Shown here piece after piece: positions 36,107 through 44,771 of a DNA stretch of 64,000 nucleotides. The stretch is from contig JBEKCS010000008.1 of NCBI GenBank assembly GCA_050014755.1, positions 11,820 to 75,819 of the forward strand, in the 5' to 3' direction. The translations under genes were made by a program, and so were the position numbers. This DNA comes from Acidimicrobiales bacterium (GTDB lineage: Bacteria > Actinomycetota > Acidimicrobiia > Acidimicrobiales > RAAP-2). The notes below the pieces were generated by a model. It was not told where the DNA came from. It worked only from the letters and a program-made list of their open reading frames with translations, and did not search any database. Position 1 is the stretch's first letter. Every line of letters starts with the position of its first letter.

Positions 36107-37144
36107 ATGAGTGCAGTGACCTCCGTTGCAACAGGGGAAGAACTCCTCGACGCCCTCCGGTCCGGAGCCACGACCGTCGAGATCCAGGGGTCCATCTCCG
36201 GCACGCCGATGGTGACCCTGGACCCCGGCGTCACGGTACGGGGAGGGACCATCCGATTCGGGGCCAAGGGCATCCGGATGACCAGCGACAACACCATCGA
36301 CGGCGTCACCGTCGTGACCGCCGAGGACGAGGTCGCCATCCTCAACGACACCAGCGTCTCCGATCTCGGAACGCTGACAGTCAGGGGTGTCCGGGCCACC
36401 GGACAGGTGCACCTGCTGGCACAGGATACGGTCCGTTCGGGGCACGTCCACGTCGAGGGGATGACGATCGACAGGGCCGATGGACGGGGGAGGGTGGAGC
36501 GTCCGCACGGTTTCGGCGTCGAAGCTCTCCAAGGTGCCTTCACGCTCTGGAATCGGCAGGAGGACGGTGCTGGCGTCCTCACTGCCGAACTGCTCGACAT
36601 CGGCGTCGGAACGGCCGACTCACCGGTACAGGGCAGTGGGGTGTCCGTCGGTGGTCACGGGGATTGGCAGGGTGGAGCCGATGGGGGCACCGTCCGGGTT
36701 TCGACGTTGCGCACGGGGGAGGTCCATACCGACGGGGGGATTCCAGCCGGCACGCCTGACCTGATCAGCGGGGGCGTGTTCGTCATCACCGGAGCCGACG
36801 TCGCTCACGTGGTCAACGCCGGACCGGTGACGACCAATGGACCAAGCGACGTGGTGCTCGACAATTGGGGACGGATGGACGGGTGGACGGCTGAGTCAGC
36901 CGTGACATCGAATGGCCCCGGCGGCAGCGTCGGTTCGGTACACATCGGCGGGCGGGTGGCCACGCGTGGCGACAACGTCGTCACCGTGGAGATCGAAGGG
37001 GAGGTGGGAGCGATCGACGTGGCAGGCGGGATCGTCCTCGAGGGAGAGGGTTCGGACGCGGTCCATGTCCACGGCACGGTCGGAGGCCTGAGCGAGGTGG
37101 ACATCAGAGCAGACCATGGACGACGGGTCGTCCACTCCGACTGA
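36107..37144 (+). CDS. Hypothetical protein, Gly/Val/Thr-rich, predicted beta-helix-like repeats, no signal peptide
   Basis: 345-aa ORF with short periodic V/I-x-V/G strands (VTVRGGTIRFG, VTVVTAED, LTVRGVRATG, VVTVEIEGEVGAIDVAGGIVLEGEG). No motif of a known enzyme family was recognised. Confidence 0.55.
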   Translation: MSAVTSVATGEELLDALRSGATTVEIQGSISGTPMVTLDPGVTVRGGTIRFGAKGIRMTSDNTIDGVTVVTAEDEVAILNDTSVSDLGTLTVRGVRATGQVHLLAQDTVRSGHVHVEGMTIDRADGRGRVERPHGFGVEALQGAFTLWNRQEDGAGVLTAELLDIGVGTADSPVQGSGVSVGGHGDWQGGADGGTVRVSTLRTGEVHTDGGIPAGTPDLISGGVFVITGADVAHVVNAGPVTTNGPSDVVLDNWGRMDGWTAESAVTSNGPGGSVGSVHIGGRVATRGDNVVTVEIEGEVGAIDVAGGIVLEGEGSDAVHVHGTVGGLSEVDIRADHGRRVVHSD

Positions 37145-37308
37145 CCGACCGCCCCGGTCGCCCACCGTTCCGCGTCGTCTGTCCGGTGGCCCCCGCGGTG
37201 CCGACGCCCGCAGCGCTGTCCCATCCCGCCGATCACTGGTGAGCGCAGGGGGCCGGACTCCCCTGCTCATGCGAAGATGGCCACTACGTACGGAGGGAGG
37301 CATCCGCG

Positions 37309-37695
37309 ATGGCGACTGACCCGGTGGACATGGAGCAGGTCGCCGGACAGATTCGCACTGCCCTCCAGTCGGCCGATCTCGACGGCTATCGGGAGCTCCT
37401 CGATCCCGACGTCACCTGGGGTGCTCCGGACGATCACAATTCAGGGTGCCGCAACCGGGACCAGGTCCTCACCTGGTATCGCCGAGGCCGGGCGAAGGGG
37501 ATCCGAGCGGACGTCACCGAAGCGGGCGTATACGGCGACAAGATCCTCGTGGGTCTGGACGTGGTCGACGATCGCTCATCGTCCGAGACTCGTGATGCGA
37601 CGCAGCGCTGGCAGGTTCTCACCATCAGGAATGGACTCGTCGCCGACATCCGGGGATTCGAGGACCGGGCCACAGCAGTTTCTCGCCTGAGTTGA
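37309..37695 (+). CDS. SnoaL/NTF2-like fold protein
   Basis: 128 aa with LLDPDVTWGAP...RDQVLTWY, a pattern typical of SnoaL-like polyketide cyclase-fold proteins. GGAGGGAGG lies upstream of the ATG. Confidence 0.65.
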   Translation: MATDPVDMEQVAGQIRTALQSADLDGYRELLDPDVTWGAPDDHNSGCRNRDQVLTWYRRGRAKGIRADVTEAGVYGDKILVGLDVVDDRSSSETRDATQRWQVLTIRNGLVADIRGFEDRATAVSRLS

Positions 37696-38161
37696 GCCTC
37701 CCTCCCGGTGGTCGGGCAGACACCTGAAGATCGGCGTCGATGCTTCCCCTACCGAATCAGGCACATGTGGGCGTGGGGACAGACCAGGACACACTCCTGG
37801 CGGCCCTCGCTCGAGCGGATGCAGCGGCCGATCCGGTTGACGCCAGTCGCCCTCGGGAGTGCGGAGCCGACTCACGCCGAGACTTCCGAGGAAGAGACAG
37901 AGGATCGAACAGATCACGGCGCCCACGTCACTGCCAGCGATGCCGAGCGCGAGGCCCAAGACGATCGCCTATCCGGCAAGACCGTTCACCGCAATTACCA
38001 AGTGGAGGAGCAGCCACTGTCACCCAACGGGAGCGGGACCGCCTCCCACTACTGGGATACTGCGTCGATGTCGACCATCAAGAAGTGGTGTGGCCGCCGT
38101 GACAACAGTGAGGCCGACCCCCTCCACGCCGAGACACGGGGCCCGAGCTGCGAATCGTGTC

Positions 38162-39145
38162 ATGGATGATCTCGAACTGTCGTGCGGGCTTCCCCCGGGA
38201 CCGGACTTTGCCGACCTGGCTGTGCTGGCCGAGACACTCGGCTACACGCGGGTGTGGATCTTCGACTCCGCTCCACTGTGGGAGGACCCTTTCATCCATC
38301 TTGCTCGTGCCGCCGAGTGGACCGAGCGCATCGGCCTCGCCACCGCCGTCCTGATCCCGACTCAGCGGTCCGTGGTGGCCATGGCCTCGGCACTGGCCAC
38401 GGTGGCCCGGATTTCGGGGGGACGCCTCCGGGCGTGCTTCGGTACCGGATTCACCGCCCGCCTGGCCATAGGTCAGCAGCCGATGACCCTCGACGCCCTG
38501 ATCGAGTACGTGACCACTCTGCGGCAGCTTCTGGCCGGGGAGATCGCCTTGGTTGACGGAGTTCCCGCCCGGATGCTCCACGCACCCGGACTGGCCGAGG
38601 CCAGGCCCCTCGCCGTCCCACTCTGGCTCAGCGTCTTCGGGCCCCGGGGACGTGCACTCGCTGGCGACGTGGCCGATGGAATCATCGGTTCACCCCACCC
38701 GACCCTGCCGGCAGCCATGATCGTGTCCGGCACCGTGCTCGAGCCAGGCGAGGACCCAGGATCAGACCGGGTCCGGAATTCCATCGGACCATGGCGAGTT
38801 CTCGCCTGGCACGATGCCTACGCCAACGGGGGAGCAGAGGCGGTCGACGATCTGCCCGGTGGACGGGCCTGGCGTGAAGCACTCGAGGCCCTGGCGCCGC
38901 CGGACCAGCGTCACCTGTTGACGTTCGAAGGCCATGTCACCCATCTCCCCGATCGGGACCGCCAACTCCTCCCGCACATCGACATCACGTCGATGGTCGG
39001 GGAGCCCGATCGAATTGCGGGGCAGCTGGACCGTCTGGGTGATGCAGGCTTTACCGAGATCATCTATACGCCGACCGGCCCCGACGTCGCTCGAGAGCTT
39101 CGGATGATGGCATCCGTTCACCGCTCTCCATGGAGCCAGAGCTGA
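38162..39145 (+). CDS. Luciferase-like monooxygenase (LLM) class, probably F420-dependent oxidoreductase
   Basis: LGYTRVWIFDSAPLWEDPF, LRACFGTGF and a TIM-barrel-like length. The portion of the track ORF upstream of ATG 38162 is not supported. Confidence 0.75.
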   Translation: MDDLELSCGLPPGPDFADLAVLAETLGYTRVWIFDSAPLWEDPFIHLARAAEWTERIGLATAVLIPTQRSVVAMASALATVARISGGRLRACFGTGFTARLAIGQQPMTLDALIEYVTTLRQLLAGEIALVDGVPARMLHAPGLAEARPLAVPLWLSVFGPRGRALAGDVADGIIGSPHPTLPAAMIVSGTVLEPGEDPGSDRVRNSIGPWRVLAWHDAYANGGAEAVDDLPGGRAWREALEALAPPDQRHLLTFEGHVTHLPDRDRQLLPHIDITSMVGEPDRIAGQLDRLGDAGFTEIIYTPTGPDVARELRMMASVHRSPWSQS

Positions 39146-39236
39146 CGGTGGGGGTGTTCCCCATCACCGGGTGGGTGGGACACCCGACCCAGGTCAGGCG
39201 GCCGGAGCGTCGGCATCGTTCGCGACTCTCCCAAGC

Positions 39237-39659
39237 TCACACTTTGCTGGCCGAACCCGATCCTGATGGCGCAACCCCGTTCCGGCCACGGTCCCCAGAG
39301 CCCTTCGGCGCCTTCCGCGGGCGCCCCTCCCAGCGCAACCCGCCAATTCCAAAGCCTCCCAGGGAATTGCGCACCTGGGCATACAACGTCTCGTACTGCT
39401 TGCGAGTCGGATTCCTGCCAGTCACGTGTGCGATTTCCTGAGCAAACTGATTCGACAGTTCCTCCGACTTCTCCAGCCCGTCGTCCCAGAACGAGGTGAC
39501 GACCACCTCGGATCGCGGACCAAGGTCGTTCCTTACGACGGTCACTCCCTGGAAGTGCGGAAACGACTCGTAACTCGGGATGACGCGATCCCTGACCGCC
39601 TCCATCATCGGTACAAGATCTGAGTTCTCAACAAAGAATGTCACTTGCCGACACTTCAT
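39237..39659 (-). CDS. ABM (antibiotic biosynthesis monooxygenase)-like dimeric alpha/beta-barrel protein with Gly/Arg-rich tail
   Basis: The first roughly 100 aa (VTFFVE...FQGVTVVRN...VVVTSFWDD) fit the ABM fold pattern. GGAGG lies 6 nt upstream of the ATG. The last roughly 40 aa are low complexity. Confidence 0.55.
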   Translation of the reverse strand: MKCRQVTFFVENSDLVPMMEAVRDRVIPSYESFPHFQGVTVVRNDLGPRSEVVVTSFWDDGLEKSEELSNQFAQEIAHVTGRNPTRKQYETLYAQVRNSLGGFGIGGLRWEGRPRKAPKGSGDRGRNGVAPSGSGSASKV

Positions 39660-39690
39660 CCGACACCTCCGCTTATTTGTTCACGCGAAG

Positions 39691-39708
39691 TACTGTATCG
39701 CTGTACAG
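39691..39708. promoter_or_regulatory. Imperfect palindrome TACTGTATCGCTGTACAG (CTGT-N8-ACAG) upstream of the ABM-like gene
   Basis: It lies 33-50 nt upstream of ATG 39659 and overlaps a TACAGT -10-like hexamer on the minus strand. Candidate operator. Confidence 0.3.
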
Positions 39709-39820
39709 GATCCGCCGCCGACTTGGTGCCCCTAGTCACCGGGAGAAGGACTCACCGCGGCACGCCCGGGCGTATGGATACGTCCGGGCGTGGAGTTACG
39801 TCGTTGGTGGTCCGACTGAC

Positions 39821-40333
39821 TCAGCTGTCGGGCGTGACCGCATCCAATCGGTGCCGAACCTCTGACGTGTTCACCTCGAGAGCGCCCAGCAGCACCGCCG
39901 CAGGATCTGGCGGTCGGAGGGTGAGGATCTCAGCCAGTACCTGCCGGGCCGTTACGGAGAGCCTCCGACGGTTGGGCTTGGACGCGTTCTCGAGCACGTT
40001 CTTTGCCGCGGGCGTCATGCGGAGGCGATCTCGTTGCGCAACGTCTCTGATCCTCGGCTTTTTCGGCACGGCGCGCATCGCCAGTGCGGGAACCTCGGCG
40101 CCGGACCCCAGGCCCAGGGCGGCCAGGGCTTCGTCATCGAGCGACTCAAGGGCCTGGCGAGCTTGCTGCAGGCTCACGCCCAACACGACTTCGATCGAGG
40201 GATCCTCCAACAAGGCGAGCACGAGGTGATCGGTGCCCGTTCGGCGATCGCCTCGGCGGCGAGCCTCCTCACCGGCCCGCAAATAGAGGGCCCAGCCGTG
40301 AAGCATCTCTGGCACAACGGATTCGGTAGTCAT
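39821..40333 (-). CDS. Clp R (Clp N-terminal) domain protein, stand-alone
   Basis: Two Clp-N repeats: TGTDHLVLALLEDP... and ...VTARQVLAEILTLRPPDPAAVLLGAL. ATG 40333 overlaps the stop of the upstream HTH gene (ATGA). Confidence 0.75.
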   Translation of the reverse strand: MTTESVVPEMLHGWALYLRAGEEARRRGDRRTGTDHLVLALLEDPSIEVVLGVSLQQARQALESLDDEALAALGLGSGAEVPALAMRAVPKKPRIRDVAQRDRLRMTPAAKNVLENASKPNRRRLSVTARQVLAEILTLRPPDPAAVLLGALEVNTSEVRHRLDAVTPDS

Positions 40334-40542
40334 GATGACACCTTGTTGTATTTGGTGTGCACGGATTGGCGGGTAACGCCCAAGGCGTCGCCGATCTGCT
40401 GCCACGACCAACCCTTTTCCCGGGCCGCCGCGACGTGGTTGGCCTCGACCCGCTCAGCCAGCCGATGGAGCGCCAACGAAGCGCGTAGCCCAATGGACGG
40501 ATCATCCGAAGAGAGATTCGCGCCGAGTGTCTCGATGTCCAT
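40330..40542 (-). CDS. Small helix-turn-helix protein (sigma-70 region 4-like HTH)
   Basis: 70 aa with GWSWQQIGDALGVTRQSVHTKY. It is translationally coupled to the Clp-N gene. Confidence 0.7.
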   Translation of the reverse strand: MDIETLGANLSSDDPSIGLRASLALHRLAERVEANHVAAAREKGWSWQQIGDALGVTRQSVHTKYNKVSS

Positions 40543-40549
40543 GCTTGTA

Positions 40550-40591
40550 AGTTTAGACTGACACCTTGATATGTCAATCTACACTGACACC
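40550..40591 (-). promoter_or_regulatory. Promoter for the HTH/Clp-N operon, apparently leaderless, with two flanking GGTGTCAGT repeats
   Basis: The minus strand reads GGTGTCAGTgtagaTTGACAtatcaaGGTGTCAGTcTAAACTtacaagcATG. This gives a -35 TTGACA (40577-40572), a 16-nt spacer and a -10 TAAACT (40555-40550), 7 nt before the ATG. The 9-mer repeats lie at 40591-40583 and 40565-40557. Confidence 0.5.
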
Positions 40592-40791
40592 GCAGATCGC
40601 CTCACCGGAGGGCCCCGGATCAACGGTCAGCATCGCATGTCCTTCGTTCGGTCGAGATGCCCCAACGGCAGGGTCTGAGCATGTGCGGTTCGATCCCACG
40701 CTGACTCTCGGTCTCCTCGTGATGGGTCGTGCCTTCCTGCGATGCTGCGTCGCCCCCCGGGGGGGCGCCGTGGACGACGTCAGCCGCGGGT

Positions 40792-42513
40792 CTACCCGTG
40801 CAGCTCCACCGTCACCGTGTCGGTACCCGAGCGCAGGACCGACCCCGGCATCGCCCCGGTGAGTTGGCCGTCGGTGACCACCGACGTTCCGTTGACCACA
40901 ACGTGCCCGACCCCGTCAGCCCCGGCGTAGAGGCGGTCGGCCCCGCCGGGGAGGTCGTTCCGGGTGCGCAGCGGCCCGGGTCCGACCGTCTCCGGGTCGA
41001 AGACGACTAGGTCGGCCCACCACCCCTCGGTCAGACGGCCCCGGTCGATCAGCCCGTAGAGGCGGGCCGGGACATCGGTCAGCAGGTGCACGGCCTCCTC
41101 GAACCCGAGCAGCTCGCGCTGGCGCACGCCGTAGCCGAGCAACGAGGTCGAGTACACCGCTCCGCACATGGTGTCGAGGTGCGCACCGGCGTCCGAGCCT
41201 CCCACCACGGCCCGCGGGTCGCGCCAGACCTCGGCGCGGGCCACCCAGTCGGCATCCGACTCGGGAATGGGTACCGAGAACCCGGTGCGCAGGCGGTCGG
41301 CGACCACGATCTCGCAGATGGCGTCCCATGCGGACAGGCCTCGTTCGGCGGCCACCGAGGCGACCGGCCGGCCTTCGAGGGCCCGGTTGGCCGGCTCGAA
41401 CGTCTCCGCTACGACCAGCCGGCCCCAGTCGGCGAGGAAGCGGAGGATGCCGGCCTCGTCGGACTGGGCCCGGTCGTCCATGGCCCGCCGTGCCGCCGGG
41501 TCGCGTAGGACGGTGATGCGGTCGTCGATCGACGCGGCGAAGAACTCGCGCCACCCGGGCAGTCCGTCGAGGATGGCCCCGTGCTCGAAGGACAGGCGGA
41601 GGGCCATCGTGTGGGGCAGGGTCAGCGCCACCACCCGGGCTCCGGCCGCAGCCGCCCGTGTCGACGCCTCGAGCTGGTGGGCGGTGCCCTCGGGGTTCCC
41701 GGCGGTGACGGCCAGCACGTTCCAGTTGACCGGGCGCTGTGCGGCCAACGAGATCCGGGCCAGCAGGTCCATCTCGTCGTCGGAGAACCCGTTCAGGCAG
41801 CCGGGCACGATCATCTCGATGGTCGTCCCGGCAAAGCCGGCCACCACCGCAGCCAGCCGCTCGAGTTCGCCGGGGCCGGCCGAACGCGACGGTACGGGCT
41901 GTCCGTCACCGTCGTTGTGGGTGTGGGCCGTCGACGTGGAGAAGCCCATGGCCCCCTCCGACAGCGCCCGGTGCAGTTCGGCCTCGAGGCGGACCAGCTG
42001 TGCCTCGGTAGCCGTCTGGCCGACGGCGTCGTCGCCCATGACCGCCCGGCGCAGGGTGGAGTGACCGACCAGGAACCCGGCATTCACCCCGACTGCTCCG
42101 TCCAGGCGGGACAGCCACCTACCGAAGGAGTCCCACTCCCAATCGAGCCCGGACTGCAGGGCCGCCAGCGGCATCCCCTCCACACGGGCCATCATCCGGG
42201 CCAGGTACTCGGCGTGGTCCGGTCCGGCCGGGGCCAGCGAGAACCCGCAGTTCCCCCCGAACACGGTGGTCACGCCGTGCAGCGGGGACGGGCTGGCGGT
42301 GGGGTCCCAGAAGAGCTGGGCGTCGTAGTGGGTGTGCAGGTCGACGAAGCCCGGGGCCACCATGGCGCCTTCGGCGTCGATGACCCGGGTGGCCGTGTCC
42401 TCGACCTTCCCGATGGCCACGATCCGGCCGTCGTCGATGCCCACGTCGGCCCGCCGGGCCGGACGGCCCGTTCCGTCGACCACCAGGCCGCCCCGCACGA
42501 CGAGGTCGATCAT
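40792..42513 (-). CDS. N-acyl-D-amino-acid deacylase (D-aminoacylase) family amidohydrolase
   Basis: MIDLVVRGGLVVDGTG..., GFVDLHTHYD and GGSDAGAHLD. ATG 42513 was chosen. The upstream part of the track ORF is Arg/Gly-rich and not supported. Confidence 0.85.
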   Translation of the reverse strand: MIDLVVRGGLVVDGTGRPARRADVGIDDGRIVAIGKVEDTATRVIDAEGAMVAPGFVDLHTHYDAQLFWDPTASPSPLHGVTTVFGGNCGFSLAPAGPDHAEYLARMMARVEGMPLAALQSGLDWEWDSFGRWLSRLDGAVGVNAGFLVGHSTLRRAVMGDDAVGQTATEAQLVRLEAELHRALSEGAMGFSTSTAHTHNDGDGQPVPSRSAGPGELERLAAVVAGFAGTTIEMIVPGCLNGFSDDEMDLLARISLAAQRPVNWNVLAVTAGNPEGTAHQLEASTRAAAAGARVVALTLPHTMALRLSFEHGAILDGLPGWREFFAASIDDRITVLRDPAARRAMDDRAQSDEAGILRFLADWGRLVVAETFEPANRALEGRPVASVAAERGLSAWDAICEIVVADRLRTGFSVPIPESDADWVARAEVWRDPRAVVGGSDAGAHLDTMCGAVYSTSLLGYGVRQRELLGFEEAVHLLTDVPARLYGLIDRGRLTEGWWADLVVFDPETVGPGPLRTRNDLPGGADRLYAGADGVGHVVVNGTSVVTDGQLTGAMPGSVLRSGTDTVTVELHG

Positions 42514-42638
42514 CGCCGCCACCCCCCACGCACCGGGCGACGGGCCGCCCCCGTCGTCAGCGTTGTCACCGTCGTGCTCACAGCCATGGTCCGTCCCCCC
42601 GGGGTCGTCGACGCCATTCAACGGTACCCTCGTCTTCC

Positions 42639-43865
42639 GTGACAAGCACTCTGCTGCCCGATCCGGAGCCCCGCCCGATCGTGGTGCCGGTGATCTCGGT
42701 CGACGACCACCTGATCGAACCGCCCGACCTCTTCGACGGGCGGATGCCCGCCGCCCTCGCCGACCGGGCCCCACGCATCCACGAGGCCGACGACGGGCAC
42801 CAGTTCTGGCGGTTCGAGGACAACGAGTATCCGAACGTCGGGCTCAACGCCGTGGTGGGCCGGCCCCGCGACGAGTGGAGCATGGAGCCGGCCCGGTTCG
42901 ACGAGATGCGGCCGGGCTGCTTCGACATCGACGCCCGGGTGGCCGACATGGACGTGGCCGGGATCTGGGCCTCCCTCTGCTTCCCGTCCCTGGTGGCCGG
43001 ATTCTGCGGGTCGGTGTTCTCCCGGGCCGGCGACAAGGAGTTGGGCCTGGCCTGCACCCGCGCCTGGAACCGGTGGCACCACGAGGTGTGGGCGGGCACC
43101 CATCCCGACCGCATCGTCGCCCTGCAGATCCCGTGGTTGGACGACGTGGACATCGCGGCCGCCGAAGTCCGGGCCAACGCCGAACTCGGCTTCCGGGCCG
43201 TGAGCTTTCCCGAATTCCCCTCCCAGCTCGGCTACCCATCCATCTTCACCGACCACTGGGATCCATTCTTCGCCGCCTGTCAGGACACCGATACCGTGGT
43301 CTGCCTCCACACCGGGGCGTCGGCGTGGGCCCCGCTCCCCTCCCCCGGGCCACCGTTCGAACTGCTGCCCACCGTCTTTCCGGTCAACGCCCTGCTGGCC
43401 GCGGGCGAGTGGCTGTGGTCGGGGGTGCCCCTCCGGTTCCCGTCCCTCCAGGTGGCCCTCTCGGAGGGCGGGATCGGCTGGGTGCCCATGCTGATGGACC
43501 GGGCGGACTACGTCCTCGACCATTCGGCCTCGGGGACCGAGAGCGCCACCTGGTACGGCGACCTACGCCCGAGCGACGTCCTCGGACGCAACTTCTGGTT
43601 CTGTACCATCGACGACCCTTCGATGGTGCCGCTGCTGGGCCGGATCGGGCTCGACCACGTGATGGTGGAGAGTGACTACCCGCACGCCGACTCGAGCTGG
43701 CCCGACACCCAGGCCGTGGTCGACCGGGCGTTCGGGCGCCTACCCGAGGCCGACTTCCGCAAGGTGGCGGGTGGGAACGCCGCCCGGCTCTTCCACCACC
43801 CGCTGCCGCTCCGCGACGACTGGCGGGTCCCGGAGCAAGGATCCCGAGCGGCAGCTAGCCGATGA
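42639..43865 (+). CDS. Amidohydrolase 2 (PF04909-like) family protein, paralog 3
   Basis: VISVDDHLIEPPDLFDGRMP, MDVAGI, LSEGGIGWVPMLMDRAD and SDYPHADSSWP. The start is GTG. Confidence 0.85.
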   Translation: MTSTLLPDPEPRPIVVPVISVDDHLIEPPDLFDGRMPAALADRAPRIHEADDGHQFWRFEDNEYPNVGLNAVVGRPRDEWSMEPARFDEMRPGCFDIDARVADMDVAGIWASLCFPSLVAGFCGSVFSRAGDKELGLACTRAWNRWHHEVWAGTHPDRIVALQIPWLDDVDIAAAEVRANAELGFRAVSFPEFPSQLGYPSIFTDHWDPFFAACQDTDTVVCLHTGASAWAPLPSPGPPFELLPTVFPVNALLAAGEWLWSGVPLRFPSLQVALSEGGIGWVPMLMDRADYVLDHSASGTESATWYGDLRPSDVLGRNFWFCTIDDPSMVPLLGRIGLDHVMVESDYPHADSSWPDTQAVVDRAFGRLPEADFRKVAGGNAARLFHHPLPLRDDWRVPEQGSRAAASR

Positions 43866-44718
43866 CCGGCAGGATGCGGTCGCGCAGGAAGGTGAGGACG
43901 GCGTCGGAGAAGGCGTCGTTGCGGTCGCCGGCGATCATGTGCGCGGCCCCGGCGACGTCGACCACGGTCGCCCCGGGTACCGATGCCAGTAGGTGGTCGA
44001 CACCCTCTTGGGTCACGATGTCGCTGAGCATCCCCCGCACCAGCATGGTGGGGACCCGGATGTTGTGGATGGCCGTGTCGAGGAGCTCGACGAGCACGTC
44101 GGGGACGGCCGCCTCCTTCCGGCCCTGACTGATGAAGGCGGGGTCCCAGTGCCAGTACCAACGGCCGTTCCGCTCCCGCAGCACCTTGCGCAGGCCCTCG
44201 GGGTTGACGGCCCGGTTGCGCTCGGGCGTGTACGCGGCGATGGCCAGGGCGGCGTCGTCCAGCGAGGCGAATCCGTCCAGGCCCGACTCCATGAACGTCT
44301 TGATGCGTTGGATCCCTTCCACGTTGGTCTTGAGGGTGATGTCGACGAGCACCAGCCCCGAGGACACCACCCGGTCACTGGTCCCCTCGGCGTACAGCGC
44401 GGACAGGCCACCGAGCGATGCCCCGACGAGCACCGGCGGGTGGCCGAGCTGGTCGGCTACCGACACCACGTCGCTGCCGAACGCCGTGAACGAGTAGTCG
44501 GCCCGCGGCGCCCAGTCGCTCTCGCCGTGACCCCGCAGGTCGAGCGAGACCGTCCGCCAACCTTCGTCGGCGATGCGCTCCGCTGCCGAACCCCAGGCAT
44601 GGCGGGTCTGTCCACCCCCGTGGAGCAGCAGCACCGGCCAGCCGTCGGGGTCGCCCCGGACGTCCGCGACCAGCTGCACGCCCTCGAATCCGGTGAAGAC
44701 CACCCGTTCTGTGTCCAC
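43855..44718 (-). CDS. Alpha/beta hydrolase
   Basis: LLLHGGGQTRHAW, nucleophile elbow GASLGG, and a C-terminal AAHMIAGD. GTG 44718 was chosen, 54 nt after the stop of the upstream P450 gene. Confidence 0.8.
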   Translation of the reverse strand: MDTERVVFTGFEGVQLVADVRGDPDGWPVLLLHGGGQTRHAWGSAAERIADEGWRTVSLDLRGHGESDWAPRADYSFTAFGSDVVSVADQLGHPPVLVGASLGGLSALYAEGTSDRVVSSGLVLVDITLKTNVEGIQRIKTFMESGLDGFASLDDAALAIAAYTPERNRAVNPEGLRKVLRERNGRWYWHWDPAFISQGRKEAAVPDVLVELLDTAIHNIRVPTMLVRGMLSDIVTQEGVDHLLASVPGATVVDVAGAAHMIAGDRNDAFSDAVLTFLRDRILPVIG

Positions 44719-44771
44719 GCCCCATCGTTGCACGCCCCGGCGGCCGTGCCGTCGCCGGCCGGCTCCGCGGG

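Noticed and set aside
37576-38169. ORFs 37576-37959 (-), 37708-38169 (+) and 37740-38102 (+) in the 466-bp gap between the SnoaL-like and LLM genes.
   Set aside because: Third-position G/C bias is weak except for about 40 codons of a TM-like segment (LGLALGIAGSDVGAVICSILCLFLGSLGV). That segment starts at TTG just after an in-frame TAG. These ORFs also overlap the SnoaL gene and one another. This is possibly a decayed small membrane-protein gene, but not a supportable CDS.
39691-39708. CTGT-N8-ACAG resembles the gammaproteobacterial LexA (SOS) box.
   Set aside because: Actinobacterial LexA recognises a different palindrome (TCGAAC-N4-GTTCGA type). The downstream gene is not a known SOS gene. 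It is kept only as a generic candidate operator.
40624-40707. Possible tRNA gene around the GGTTCGATCC string.
   Set aside because: The T-stem has a mismatch, I could form no credible D-arm or anticodon arm, and the acceptor pairing is imperfect. It is treated only as a possible tRNA-derived scar.
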